A stretch of 64,000 nt of DNA from a virus, in the IMG/VR virus record IMGVR_UViG_3300032236_001478, positions 1 to 64,000 of that record; one strand, given 5' to 3'. This document shows, piece by piece, positions 37,318 to 46,739 of this stretch. The position numbers were made by a program, and so were the translations under genes. A model generated the notes under the pieces. That model ran no database searches and was not told the DNA's origin. It saw nothing but the letters and a program-made list of their open reading frames with translations. Position 1 is the stretch's first letter. Each line of letters opens with the position of its first letter.

Positions 37318-37938
37318 CTATTTTCCAGTACTACCAAACCCACCCGAACCTCTTTCGGAATCCGACAATTCAGGTACTTGGGTCATATATATTTGAGGAT
37401 AAGGTAAGATCATAATTTGAGCACCTCTTTCACCAACATTATATGAAAGACTATCTAAACCTTGTGTCTTTTTAAAAGTGGCTTGGATTTCCCCTCTGTA
37501 ACCACTATCAATTACACCCACACAATTAGATAATATTAAATCTTGATTACGAACTGATGAACGTGGGAAAATTAATCCAACATAACCTTTAGGGATTTCC
37601 ATTGCAATACCAAAACCATATGTAATACTAAAACTAGTATTTTCTTTAATATCTGTAATTGTTAAATCCATACCAGCATCACCAACTTTAGAATAAGATG
37701 GTATAACTGCATTATCATCTAATTTTTTAACTTTAACAACAACACCAAGATCTGGTTGTGTGAAATTTGTTTGATTTTCAGTTGTTGCTTCTTTTACAAC
37801 ATCATCATTAATAGCGTTTAATACTTTATTAAGATCCTCCATAAAATTTTGATTGAAATCGTCAAAATTGTCTGCAGAAAAGTTTTTTTCTAAGTCTTCT
37901 AATTTTTTAATATATCCCTCTAATTCTTCTTTATTCAT
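37318..37938 (-). CDS. dut: trimeric dUTPase with ~60-aa N-terminal extension
   Basis: AGMDL, PRSS, GVIDSGYRGEI, AQ, RGSGGFGSTG. Confidence 0.92.
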   Translation of the reverse strand: MNKEELEGYIKKLEDLEKNFSADNFDDFNQNFMEDLNKVLNAINDDVVKEATTENQTNFTQPDLGVVVKVKKLDDNAVIPSYSKVGDAGMDLTITDIKENTSFSITYGFGIAMEIPKGYVGLIFPRSSVRNQDLILSNCVGVIDSGYRGEIQATFKKTQGLDSLSYNVGERGAQIMILPYPQIYMTQVPELSDSERGSGGFGSTGK

Positions 37939-38149
37939 GATTCTTTTTTTCTTCTATCCATTTATCAAAAGCCTTAAGTCGTTTTTTAAGGTCATCATCT
38001 TGTTGTCTTAAACAACATTCAACTAAAATATCTGTAATTCTTTGTAACTCTTCAATAGTAATTTTAACACCAACTGAATTAACATAATCAAGAGCCAATT
38101 TACTTTGTGACTGGCGCATAATTTGTATATCTTTACTATAAAAGTTCAT
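37931..38149 (-). CDS. hypothetical protein
   Basis: 72-aa ORF. Confidence 0.6.
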   Translation of the reverse strand: MNFYSKDIQIMRQSQSKLALDYVNSVGVKITIEELQRITDILVECCLRQQDDDLKKRLKAFDKWIEEKKNHE

Positions 38150-38167
38150 CAGTTGGTGTTAAATTAA

Positions 38168-38404
38168 TTATTTACTTTTGTAATATTCAGGTGTGTTTTT
38201 TTCATCGATAACGCACTCAATAGGCATTTTAACGACGCTTAAACTTTCACTACCTCTTATATCACCTGATCTGTAATTTGCTGCAACAATTGTCGCTTCT
38301 TCTACTGATTCTGCTTGTAATACGTATTTTACTTTTTTAATACGTGGGTTTCCTTCTCTGTCCATTTGTTCGGTTTCATAACCGATTGTAACTAAATAAT
38401 ACAT
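38168..38404 (-). CDS. DUF4494-like protein
   Basis: Y.V.I.YE...G..KKVKYVLQAESVEEA resembles Bacteroidota DUF4494. Confidence 0.55.
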   Translation of the reverse strand: MYYLVTIGYETEQMDREGNPRIKKVKYVLQAESVEEATIVAANYRSGDIRGSESLSVVKMPIECVIDEKNTPEYYKSK

Positions 38405-38410
38405 GTTGTT

Positions 38411-39640
38411 TTATTTTATTATTGATTTAAAAAATTCTATTCTGTCTTGACAAGTTTTCTTTAATGAATATTTGTCTTTAACTGTTTCATATAAACGTTC
38501 ACCTAGATCTTGAATCATATTAGGATTATCAATCAAACGTTTCATATGTTTTGCCCAGTCTTTATGATTCTTATTTTCACCAACTAATAATGCATTTCCT
38601 TTATTATTAAACTTACCTTCATCTACAGCTGAAATTAAATCTAATGTGTATGGTTGAACATTACTAGCAATGATTGCTTTTTTATGGAATCCAGCTTCAA
38701 TAACTTTCAATTGTGATTTATTTGCGTTGAATTCTGAATTAACAAGTGGTGCTAAAGATACATCAAATGTGTTATAATTTGTTGCATATGTGTTAATCTC
38801 TTTAGTCCATCTTCTTCTATATGTTTTATCAGAATCATCGTATGGTATTTCTAAAAATTGTGATAAATAACTTTTATAATTTTCATCAAGATATCTATAA
38901 TTGTCAGTGAAGATATTTTCATATCTATACCATACAGTTTCCATTGGTTTTATTGGTCTTTGTCTTTGTTGTTTTGTAATCGAATCAATTTCAGTAACAT
39001 TACCTCTAAGATCAAATCCACAAAGAACCATCTGTACATTATCCTTATTAGAATTTAATACACTAGCGATACCATTAGTCATTAATGTAATATCGTGTAA
39101 GTGGGATGAGCCACCTAACCAACCAAATCTAATTCTATTAGATTGTTCTGGGTTTCTTTGGAATTGAGGTTCGTCTTCGTTAACCGCATTTGGGAAAACT
39201 TCGACATTTTTCAATTTCAATTTATCAAATATTGTTTTTTGGAATATTGGTGTTGTTGTTGTAACATAATCAACAGTTTTCAACATGTCGATTTTCATTT
39301 CACCAATTTTAGACATCTTAACGGCTTGATACATTGGGTGTCTTTGATCAACAAACCAAAGATCATCAATATCCATAATTACTTTTTTACCAACAGATTG
39401 TAACCATTTTATACGTTTTATATTATCATCATGGTTGGTTTGATGAATAAATGTATGGAATACAACAATATCATAATCAGCAAAATATGCATCGTTATTA
39501 TCTGCATTGTAAGTTATATCTATATGAACATCATCTGTGAAATGTTCCCCTATGTAGGTATATGGATCAGATATCCTGAATTTACCTACCCCGTGCTTAT
39601 CCGATGGAATTGCTAAAATTTTAATTTTTGACATTAACAT
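38411..39640 (-). CDS. GT-B (GT4-like) glycosyltransferase
   Basis: IMDIDD, FGWLGG, DVSLAPL..FNANKSQLKVIEAG..AIIASNV. Confidence 0.85.
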   Translation of the reverse strand: MLMSKIKILAIPSDKHGVGKFRISDPYTYIGEHFTDDVHIDITYNADNNDAYFADYDIVVFHTFIHQTNHDDNIKRIKWLQSVGKKVIMDIDDLWFVDQRHPMYQAVKMSKIGEMKIDMLKTVDYVTTTTPIFQKTIFDKLKLKNVEVFPNAVNEDEPQFQRNPEQSNRIRFGWLGGSSHLHDITLMTNGIASVLNSNKDNVQMVLCGFDLRGNVTEIDSITKQQRQRPIKPMETVWYRYENIFTDNYRYLDENYKSYLSQFLEIPYDDSDKTYRRRWTKEINTYATNYNTFDVSLAPLVNSEFNANKSQLKVIEAGFHKKAIIASNVQPYTLDLISAVDEGKFNNKGNALLVGENKNHKDWAKHMKRLIDNPNMIQDLGERLYETVKDKYSLKKTCQDRIEFFKSIIK

Positions 39641-39696
39641 TAATCATTTGTAATAATATACAAAAATTAATTCAGAAAACAAAATGGTTGAAAGAT

Positions 39697-40281
39697 CTAT
39701 TTTGCTTTGTTAACGCCTGTGATTTTTCCCTTGAATACAGAATCACCAACTTTCAATACTAAATTTTCGTTGATTGATTGTGTTTGTTGTGCAGTAAGAA
39801 TTTGATTTAACTTTTCATCTAAAACTTTACGAACAGTATTTTCAACTAAAGTTGCTAATGATGTCATGTCAATAGATGATGACGGATTATTATATCTTGG
39901 TTGTGCTGACTGTTTACTTGATTTTGATGAAACACCTTCCTGTTCCATTAATCTTTTAGCTCCTTGGATAAAGTCCATGTCTAAGCTATCATTTAATGAA
40001 ATTTGTGGAATTGGATTTTCTATCATTGCTTGTTTAATTGCTGCTGGTAATTTAGAATTGTTAATTTTATCTATGTTCATTTCAGCATTAACAGCTCTTC
40101 TAGATGGTGTTGGTGCTGCTGTTTGTTGATTCATTAAATCTTCAGGATTACTTCTTAAAACAGCTTCATTTACATGACCTCTTTCAAAATTACCTCCATC
40201 AACTTTATTCATAACTTTTTTTGCTTGAACTAGTTTACTCATTAAGTCATTAGCTGATATTGTTCCTTTTCCTTGTTCCAT
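39697..40281 (-). CDS. hypothetical protein
   Basis: 194-aa ORF. Confidence 0.65.
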   Translation of the reverse strand: MEQGKGTISANDLMSKLVQAKKVMNKVDGGNFERGHVNEAVLRSNPEDLMNQQTAAPTPSRRAVNAEMNIDKINNSKLPAAIKQAMIENPIPQISLNDSLDMDFIQGAKRLMEQEGVSSKSSKQSAQPRYNNPSSSIDMTSLATLVENTVRKVLDEKLNQILTAQQTQSINENLVLKVGDSVFKGKITGVNKAK

Positions 40282-40309
40282 TTCTATTTTTTTTATAAGA
40301 TACTATAAT

Positions 40310-41155
40310 TTATAAAAACATTAAACGTTTAATTCTATTAATGCTTTCATTTAATTGATTATTTTCTTCCTCTTCTGGATTTTCATCACCTGGAACTTCT
40401 GGTTCTGGTGTTGGTTTTGTGCCATTTAATCTTGGTGGTTCTTTAGACGGTTTAGTTTTAGGTTTTGGTTGTGGTAATTCAGTTGCAGCTGGTTCTGTTG
40501 TTGGTTCAGTTGGTGTTGGTTCCACTTGTGGGGTTGGTTGAGTTGGTTGTACCTCAGGTGCTGCTGCAGTTGGTTGAACTTGTGGTTCAACTGGTGTTGG
40601 TTCTGCTTGTGCTTGTGGTGTTGGTTCAGTAGGTGTAACTTCTGGTTCTGCAGTTGGAACAGTAGTTGGTTTTGGTGTTGGCTTTCTTTGTTTTCTTGGT
40701 TTTTTTGGTTCAGCACTGAAATCAGTTGAAGCATATATTTTAATTAACGGCCAATAAGCATTACCATCTTGTTTTTCATCTGGATTAAATCCAGGTTTTG
40801 GACCTTCATAATTGCTATCTAAATCAATTTTGATATTTGACATTCTAGATAATAAAAACGTTCTCCATTGATTTTGTTCCAGTCCTTTTTTAGAAACATT
40901 AGGTGAAGGTACCCAAGCTCTAATAGCCATTTTGTTTTTGTTAGTTAAACCTATCGCAACAGGTTCAACTTTTTTTCTATTACCTTTCAATACTTTTTCA
41001 GGACCTTGTGCTGGACCAGTATACATAAAAGTAATTGGACGTCTATTAACAATAGCATCAACAATAGCTTTCATTCCAGATGTCTTTAATAACATTTTGT
41101 TATATGTTTCACCTGTAAGAACTTCAACTAATAATATTTCAGATAATGATTTCAT
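40310..41155 (-). CDS. WYL-like domain protein with Pro/Thr/Glu-rich tail
   Basis: AIVNRRPITFMY...VEPVAIG...IRAW...WRTFLLSRM; no HTH domain. Confidence 0.7.
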   Translation of the reverse strand: MKSLSEILLVEVLTGETYNKMLLKTSGMKAIVDAIVNRRPITFMYTGPAQGPEKVLKGNRKKVEPVAIGLTNKNKMAIRAWVPSPNVSKKGLEQNQWRTFLLSRMSNIKIDLDSNYEGPKPGFNPDEKQDGNAYWPLIKIYASTDFSAEPKKPRKQRKPTPKPTTVPTAEPEVTPTEPTPQAQAEPTPVEPQVQPTAAAPEVQPTQPTPQVEPTPTEPTTEPAATELPQPKPKTKPSKEPPRLNGTKPTPEPEVPGDENPEEEENNQLNESINRIKRLMFL

Positions 41156-41700
41156 TAAAAATCTGGGTATGTTTTATTTTCTCCCCATTTATTTGTTGCT
41201 AAAGATTTCATTCTATTTTGTATGTCAATAGATGTTCCAACCTCAAATGTGCTAGGATTTTGTCCTTCACCTACTGGTGATATTGCATCTGGATTTGTAA
41301 CACCATATTGATAATTTTCACCATATCTATTGAATGCCATAGTTTTATTTCTTGTTAATATATCATCTTTTGTACCAACGGTACCACTATCATTAACTTG
41401 ACCCATTCCGAAATTATCACCGTCAGACTTTGCGTCTTTAGAGTTAATTCCATAACCATTATTTTCAGAATATCTATTGAAACCTAAAGTTTCATTTCTT
41501 GTTAAAATATCTTTACTTGTCCCAACTTCACCATAAAAATTTTGTCCGTCACCTTTTGGTGAGATTGCGTCTGGATTGTTAATACCATAACCATTATTTT
41601 CAGAATATCTATTTATTGCTAATTCAGTATTTCTATATTGAACTGCAATTAATTCTAATGGTGATGTAGGTGTACTACCCATATTAGTTTGATCTGCCAT
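41155..41700 (-). CDS. Asn/Gly-rich repeat protein
   Basis: Three and a half ~45-49-aa repeats NRYSENNGYG...DAIS...GxGQ...VGT..DI..RN. Confidence 0.7.
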   Translation of the reverse strand: MADQTNMGSTPTSPLELIAVQYRNTELAINRYSENNGYGINNPDAISPKGDGQNFYGEVGTSKDILTRNETLGFNRYSENNGYGINSKDAKSDGDNFGMGQVNDSGTVGTKDDILTRNKTMAFNRYGENYQYGVTNPDAISPVGEGQNPSTFEVGTSIDIQNRMKSLATNKWGENKTYPDF

Positions 41701-41701
41701 A

Positions 41702-42199
41702 TTATAACATTAATTTTTTAATTCTATTTATTTCTTCCTCAAATAATTTACCCATACTTAAAGATGATACTGAAGACGCATGTGAATTACTCTTCATCAT
41801 ATTCAATGGTGGTAAAAAATCAGGTTTCTTAGTATGCTTTTTCAAGAAACTGTTTTTTCTTTCTCCAGTCATAGCAGTCATACTATCTGCATTTTTTCTA
41901 CCTTCTTTTCTATTAACAATTAAGTCTCTTTCACCTTGTAAAAATTGTTTCCCCCAGTTTTTCATTAAATCACCACCGTAAAGATCATATTTTTGTTTGT
42001 CTTTACCGGCATCCATATATGTTAAGTCATGTATGATCTTTTTTAACTGACCATAAGTGACTTTTTTATCATTTATTATATTTTTAGCTCTATCAATACC
42101 AGATACACTTACCCCATTAAGACCTTGGATTGTATGGTTGATCTTATCTAAGATATTTTGTGGAACATCAAAAATTCTACTTTTTAATTCTTTATTCAT
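41702..42199 (-). CDS. hypothetical protein
   Basis: Ends LFEEEINRIKKLML. Confidence 0.65.
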   Translation of the reverse strand: MNKELKSRIFDVPQNILDKINHTIQGLNGVSVSGIDRAKNIINDKKVTYGQLKKIIHDLTYMDAGKDKQKYDLYGGDLMKNWGKQFLQGERDLIVNRKEGRKNADSMTAMTGERKNSFLKKHTKKPDFLPPLNMMKSNSHASSVSSLSMGKLFEEEINRIKKLML

Positions 42200-42938
42200 C
42201 TTCGTTTTCTAGTTCGCTCTTAATATCGTCTAAGCTTAAACCATGATTTTTCATTGTGTTTTTCAATGAAAATAATTGTCTTTTTATTATTGGATGGATA
42301 ACTTTAGCTTCTTCAGTCTCTTTAGTTACAATATCGTTATCCTTTGCTTTTTTCTTTTTTAGAAGATTGTCGATGTATTCTTCCATGAAGTTTAATGGGT
42401 TTTCAACTAATCTTACCATATCATCTGGTAATTTCTCTTCATAACCTAATGCGCCCATTCTTTCCTTTGCTTCTTCATCAGATAACCCTAAATCTTTAGT
42501 GAAATGACGATATGCTTCATCATAATCAGCATCTTGCATAATTGTTTCATCAGCACCTAATGTTTTGCTCATGTCACTTTCAGCCCAATATCTTAAAGAT
42601 GTGTGAGTACCATGAACACCATGAGTTCCCATAGAACCAGCAGCGGTTTTAACAACCATATCTGTGGTCCAATCATCTGTAACACCTTTTGTGTTGAAAT
42701 CAGTTGGGAACGAACTTGTTGCTATATTACCGTTTTTGTCAACTATTTCATCAACCTCTTCTTCTTTTTCTACTTTGTCAGGTATTTTTTCGTAATCTGT
42801 CTTATCAGAAAACTCTTTAGCCCATTTAGCCCATTTCTTACCTTTTTTACCTCCCTTACCTGCTTGCGCGTAGAAATAGCGTTGTTGTGCTTTTGATGCG
42901 AATTTTTCCTCAATCACCTGTTTTATAAAATTATTCAT
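42192..42938 (-). CDS. hypothetical late protein
   Basis: Late box at 42954-42961(-). Confidence 0.65.
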   Translation of the reverse strand: MNNFIKQVIEEKFASKAQQRYFYAQAGKGGKKGKKWAKWAKEFSDKTDYEKIPDKVEKEEEVDEIVDKNGNIATSSFPTDFNTKGVTDDWTTDMVVKTAAGSMGTHGVHGTHTSLRYWAESDMSKTLGADETIMQDADYDEAYRHFTKDLGLSDEEAKERMGALGYEEKLPDDMVRLVENPLNFMEEYIDNLLKKKKAKDNDIVTKETEEAKVIHPIIKRQLFSLKNTMKNHGLSLDDIKSELENEDE

Positions 42939-42953
42939 TCAAATAGACTTTTA

Positions 42954-42986
42954 TATAAATATCAAATGATACGAAAGATATTTATA
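42954..42986. promoter_or_regulatory. divergent pair of late promoters
   Basis: TATAAATATC-N13-GATATTTATA inverted arrangement; each TATTTATA faces its gene. Confidence 0.65.
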
Positions 42987-42991
42987 GAAAC

Positions 42992-44137
42992 ATGAATACT
43001 CAAAATATTTTAGGATTTTATGGTTATAAATTGGATTTACAGCTAGATTCTTCGGAATTTTATGACTTTGAGTTGTCAAAAGACGACTATATTGATGGAA
43101 GTTTAACGAATATCCTAAGTTATGACCCCGTATTATCATCTGATTTCACAAATAATATAGATGTACCATACCAAGTTGGGATTGATCAGAATTCTGATAT
43201 TAAAAGAAGAAACGAATTAGGATGGACAGCAAATTTTGTTTTCAATAGAAACAATTTACCTTGGAGTTCGGGTTCGGTGTTTTATTATTGGGGTATAACT
43301 AATGAAACAACAGCATCAAATTACTTAGATAATAACTTATCATTCCAATTTACAGATGAGGGTGAAGTATCTTGGTATTCATATCATTATTCTGGATTAT
43401 GTGATTCAACTTCTGGTTATACAACAACATCTTATGTTGCTAGTGGTAAAACAGATACATTATGTTCTAATGGAACAAATGATGATTTTACCATTACTGT
43501 AACATTTGAGAGAAATTACACACTTACAGAATGTTCATTAGACAATGATGGTGGATGGAATGATATGATTCCTGGTCCGCATGCAGTTCCTTATAGTGAT
43601 TCTGTGTGGGACGGTCCAACAGCAAATACTGGTTCTTTCATTGGTCATGCGGATCAAATTGTAACTGGATATACAATGACAACAGGTTCATTGGATTGGT
43701 TAACAGGTGCAACACAATACACATATGTTGAGGTGTTAAATAAAAAATGGTGGAATTCAAGAAATATGCGTTTAGGTACATTGAAAATATACTTAAATGG
43801 TGTAAGAATATATAAATTATTAGATTGGGAAGAAATTATTCCATCTCAAAGAAGTTCAATAAACCCTATGATTCAATCTTGGGGTGGCGGTACTTCTGGT
43901 TCTCTTAATTTACATGTAGGGGATACACAATTTTTGTTGAAAAATATAAAATATTATGATGTTCCTTTGGATTTTGTACAAGTTAAAACATTATATAATC
44001 AAATAAAACCTTCGTTTAGTATAAGTGAATGTAATGAACCTTGTGTTGATAATGTATCAGCATTTTCGGTTGTTGGGTTATTAACTGAAATAAACGAATA
44101 TATCTACACTGAAGATGGCAATCTAATAATCTATTAA
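42992..44137 (+). CDS. putative tail/baseplate-associated beta-sandwich protein
   Basis: LKIYLNG and IKYYD..L LamG-like strands; late box 5 nt upstream. Confidence 0.55.
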   Translation: MNTQNILGFYGYKLDLQLDSSEFYDFELSKDDYIDGSLTNILSYDPVLSSDFTNNIDVPYQVGIDQNSDIKRRNELGWTANFVFNRNNLPWSSGSVFYYWGITNETTASNYLDNNLSFQFTDEGEVSWYSYHYSGLCDSTSGYTTTSYVASGKTDTLCSNGTNDDFTITVTFERNYTLTECSLDNDGGWNDMIPGPHAVPYSDSVWDGPTANTGSFIGHADQIVTGYTMTTGSLDWLTGATQYTYVEVLNKKWWNSRNMRLGTLKIYLNGVRIYKLLDWEEIIPSQRSSINPMIQSWGGGTSGSLNLHVGDTQFLLKNIKYYDVPLDFVQVKTLYNQIKPSFSISECNEPCVDNVSAFSVVGLLTEINEYIYTEDGNLIIY

Positions 44138-44150
44138 ACTATTTATATGA

Positions 44151-46025
44151 ATGGCAAATAAAAAAATAACCCAATTAGCTAGTGGTTCAGCAAATATACC
44201 TTTATCAGGTTCTACCGCAGTAGTTTATAATGGTACAACTTACCAACAAACAATCTCATCACTTAGACAAAATTTAGTAGATAGTGGTTCTCACCATTTT
44301 ACTGGAAGTCAATATATTAATGGTAATTTAATCGTAACTGGTTCAATTATCGCACAGGAATTTATTATTAGTTCATCAGTTTCACACATTACTGTTGAAA
44401 CAGTAAGTGGTTCGTCAAACTTTGGTGACACATTTGATGATAATCATAATTTTACTGGATCGGTGAATGTAACTGGTTCGTTAAACGTAAAAGGAAATAC
44501 TAGATTTTCAAGTCTACTTGTTGGGACAGCTTCTTTCCAAACAGATAATCCTGAAGTTTTAAGTGTTGCTAATAGTGGAAGTTTCAACGTAGCACATTTT
44601 GATGCAAACAATCAATATTATGCTCAGATAAACTTGAAAAACTGGAATTCTGGTAATAATTCAAGTGGTGATATAGTTGTTACCGCAGATAACGGTAATG
44701 AAGGTATACATTATGTTGACCTTGGTATTAACTCATCAACATATACGGGTGGTTTAGTTGGTGCCGAAAATGATGCTTACTTATTAAATGTTGGTAACGA
44801 TCTTTACATTGGAACTGTTGGTGGCGGTTTTCATCCGGGTGATGTTAGAATTTTTACACAAAATAGTTGGCAAGAGCCACAAATTTCAGTTAGTGGATCA
44901 GGACAAATAATGTTTAATACTGGATCTGTAGCAAACGGATTTGAGTATGAGTTTAGTGGTAGTGTTAAATTAGATAATCAATTGAAAGTTGATGGATCAG
45001 TTACAGCTTCTTATTTTGTTGGTGATGGTAGTCATTTAACTAATTTACCAGTACAAACGACTAATGTAAGTATGTTCTTATCATCTAGTGCGTTTAATAC
45101 ATTCTATACTTCATCTTATTTAGCATATAGTTCATCACTTAATAGTAGGTTATCAAGTTTAGAGTCATATAGTGATGATGATAGTTATTTTGCTACAACA
45201 GGATCAAACACATTTGTTGGAGATCAAACTGTTCATGGAATAATTTACAATAACAATATTCATAATATTGATACAGACTTAAACATTATAGCTGAAAATT
45301 TCAACAATATTGGTTTATGGGCTGAAGGTGGTACAATAAATGTCACAGGTTCATTATTAGTAAGTGGTTCACAAGTAATACAAAGTGTAAATCCTAATGC
45401 AAACTATGTTTCAAAATTTGCTGGTTATGTTGGGGGGGCTAAAATGGCAATTGGTGTTAGCTCTGACCCTAATTTTGGTGTAACTAATGACATATTAAAT
45501 GGAGATGAAAATGGTTACTCACCATACACAATTACTGCCGAATCTATCACAATAAACGCGCCATCAACATTTAATGCAAATATAGATACAAATGGTAATA
45601 GTATACGAACAAATGGTGGTGATATAAGAGGTAATAATTTTAGAGTTGATAATATTCTTACTTTAGGTGCAACAAGTGAAAGATTTACAGTTACAGATGG
45701 TGCTAGTGTTCCAAACGCTCAACCACCAGAATTTGATTATACATATTGTGCCATAGCATATGTTAGTAACTATATAAACGCTATTGATATTAAATTAATT
45801 AATGTTCCTGAAGACAGTAATAGAGCTTTAGGTTTTACGGTAATACTTGATGAAACAACAAATAAAGAAATTAACTCATTTGTTATCAATAATGAAGTAC
45901 AAAGTATATTATGGTTTGGTGGTAGTCAACCTGATACTATTCCGAATGTATTTAATATATTTTCATTTAGTATGTTAAGAATAAGTGGTACTTGGAAAGT
46001 ATTTGGTCAATTAACAACATTCTAA
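44151..46025 (+). CDS. tail fibre protein
   Basis: N-terminal KKITQL; repeated TGS/SGS motifs, TGSNTF.GDQT; late box at 44140. Confidence 0.7.
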   Translation: MANKKITQLASGSANIPLSGSTAVVYNGTTYQQTISSLRQNLVDSGSHHFTGSQYINGNLIVTGSIIAQEFIISSSVSHITVETVSGSSNFGDTFDDNHNFTGSVNVTGSLNVKGNTRFSSLLVGTASFQTDNPEVLSVANSGSFNVAHFDANNQYYAQINLKNWNSGNNSSGDIVVTADNGNEGIHYVDLGINSSTYTGGLVGAENDAYLLNVGNDLYIGTVGGGFHPGDVRIFTQNSWQEPQISVSGSGQIMFNTGSVANGFEYEFSGSVKLDNQLKVDGSVTASYFVGDGSHLTNLPVQTTNVSMFLSSSAFNTFYTSSYLAYSSSLNSRLSSLESYSDDDSYFATTGSNTFVGDQTVHGIIYNNNIHNIDTDLNIIAENFNNIGLWAEGGTINVTGSLLVSGSQVIQSVNPNANYVSKFAGYVGGAKMAIGVSSDPNFGVTNDILNGDENGYSPYTITAESITINAPSTFNANIDTNGNSIRTNGGDIRGNNFRVDNILTLGATSERFTVTDGASVPNAQPPEFDYTYCAIAYVSNYINAIDIKLINVPEDSNRALGFTVILDETTNKEINSFVINNEVQSILWFGGSQPDTIPNVFNIFSFSMLRISGTWKVFGQLTTF

Positions 46026-46026
46026 T

Positions 46027-46707
46027 ATGCCAATAAAATCATTGTTTTCTAATAGATTTAAACCAGTAGGCGGTGGTATTGTGCCAGCGCCTGAAGAAGG
46101 TTTTTTATCTGCTGAAGATGGTACATCATTACAAAACGAAAATGAAGCGTATCTTGATATTGATGGCCAAATAACTGGACAGACAATAACACCTACACCA
46201 ACACCGACCCTAACATCAACACCAACAGCAACGACTACCCCTACTCCGACATCAACAAGCACACCTACGCCAACACCTACTTCAACAAGTGGTGGTGTTA
46301 GTTCGGGTAGCTATTATTTCTATTATTCAACTGAAGGAATATTAAACGTAGGTCCGCCATTAACAAATGGTAATGCAATATTTAGAAATTTAACAAATAA
46401 TACACAGGTATTTGACCCTAATTTTAGTAGTGGTACTGGTGAATTATATTTTTGTACAAAAGATAGTAACGGAACATCGTATAACACACAATTCAGTAAT
46501 CTACAAACAAGTGGTGGAACAATAACAATAAGACAAGGAAGTAATAGTGCAACTTTTACTGCCGCAACAGGTGGTCAATTTGCTTATAATCCTGGAGGAG
46601 GTGGTGGAAATGGTTTTTTACTAATACGTAGTGGTCAAATTATAACTCAAACACAAACCTGTTCTAAGTTTAATGCTACTGACCCAATTTCACTAACATT
46701 CAGTTAA
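46027..46707 (+). CDS. tail-associated protein with (TP)n linker
   Basis: TPTPT tract separating a short N-terminal segment from a beta domain. Confidence 0.6.
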   Translation: MPIKSLFSNRFKPVGGGIVPAPEEGFLSAEDGTSLQNENEAYLDIDGQITGQTITPTPTPTLTSTPTATTTPTPTSTSTPTPTPTSTSGGVSSGSYYFYYSTEGILNVGPPLTNGNAIFRNLTNNTQVFDPNFSSGTGELYFCTKDSNGTSYNTQFSNLQTSGGTITIRQGSNSATFTAATGGQFAYNPGGGGGNGFLLIRSGQIITQTQTCSKFNATDPISLTFS

Positions 46708-46739
46708 AATAAAAGACAAAACAATATTTATAATATAAG

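Noticed and set aside
42951-43139. 62-aa minus-strand ORF across the divergent promoters
   Set aside because: Overlaps a real gene and the promoter pair; no coding features
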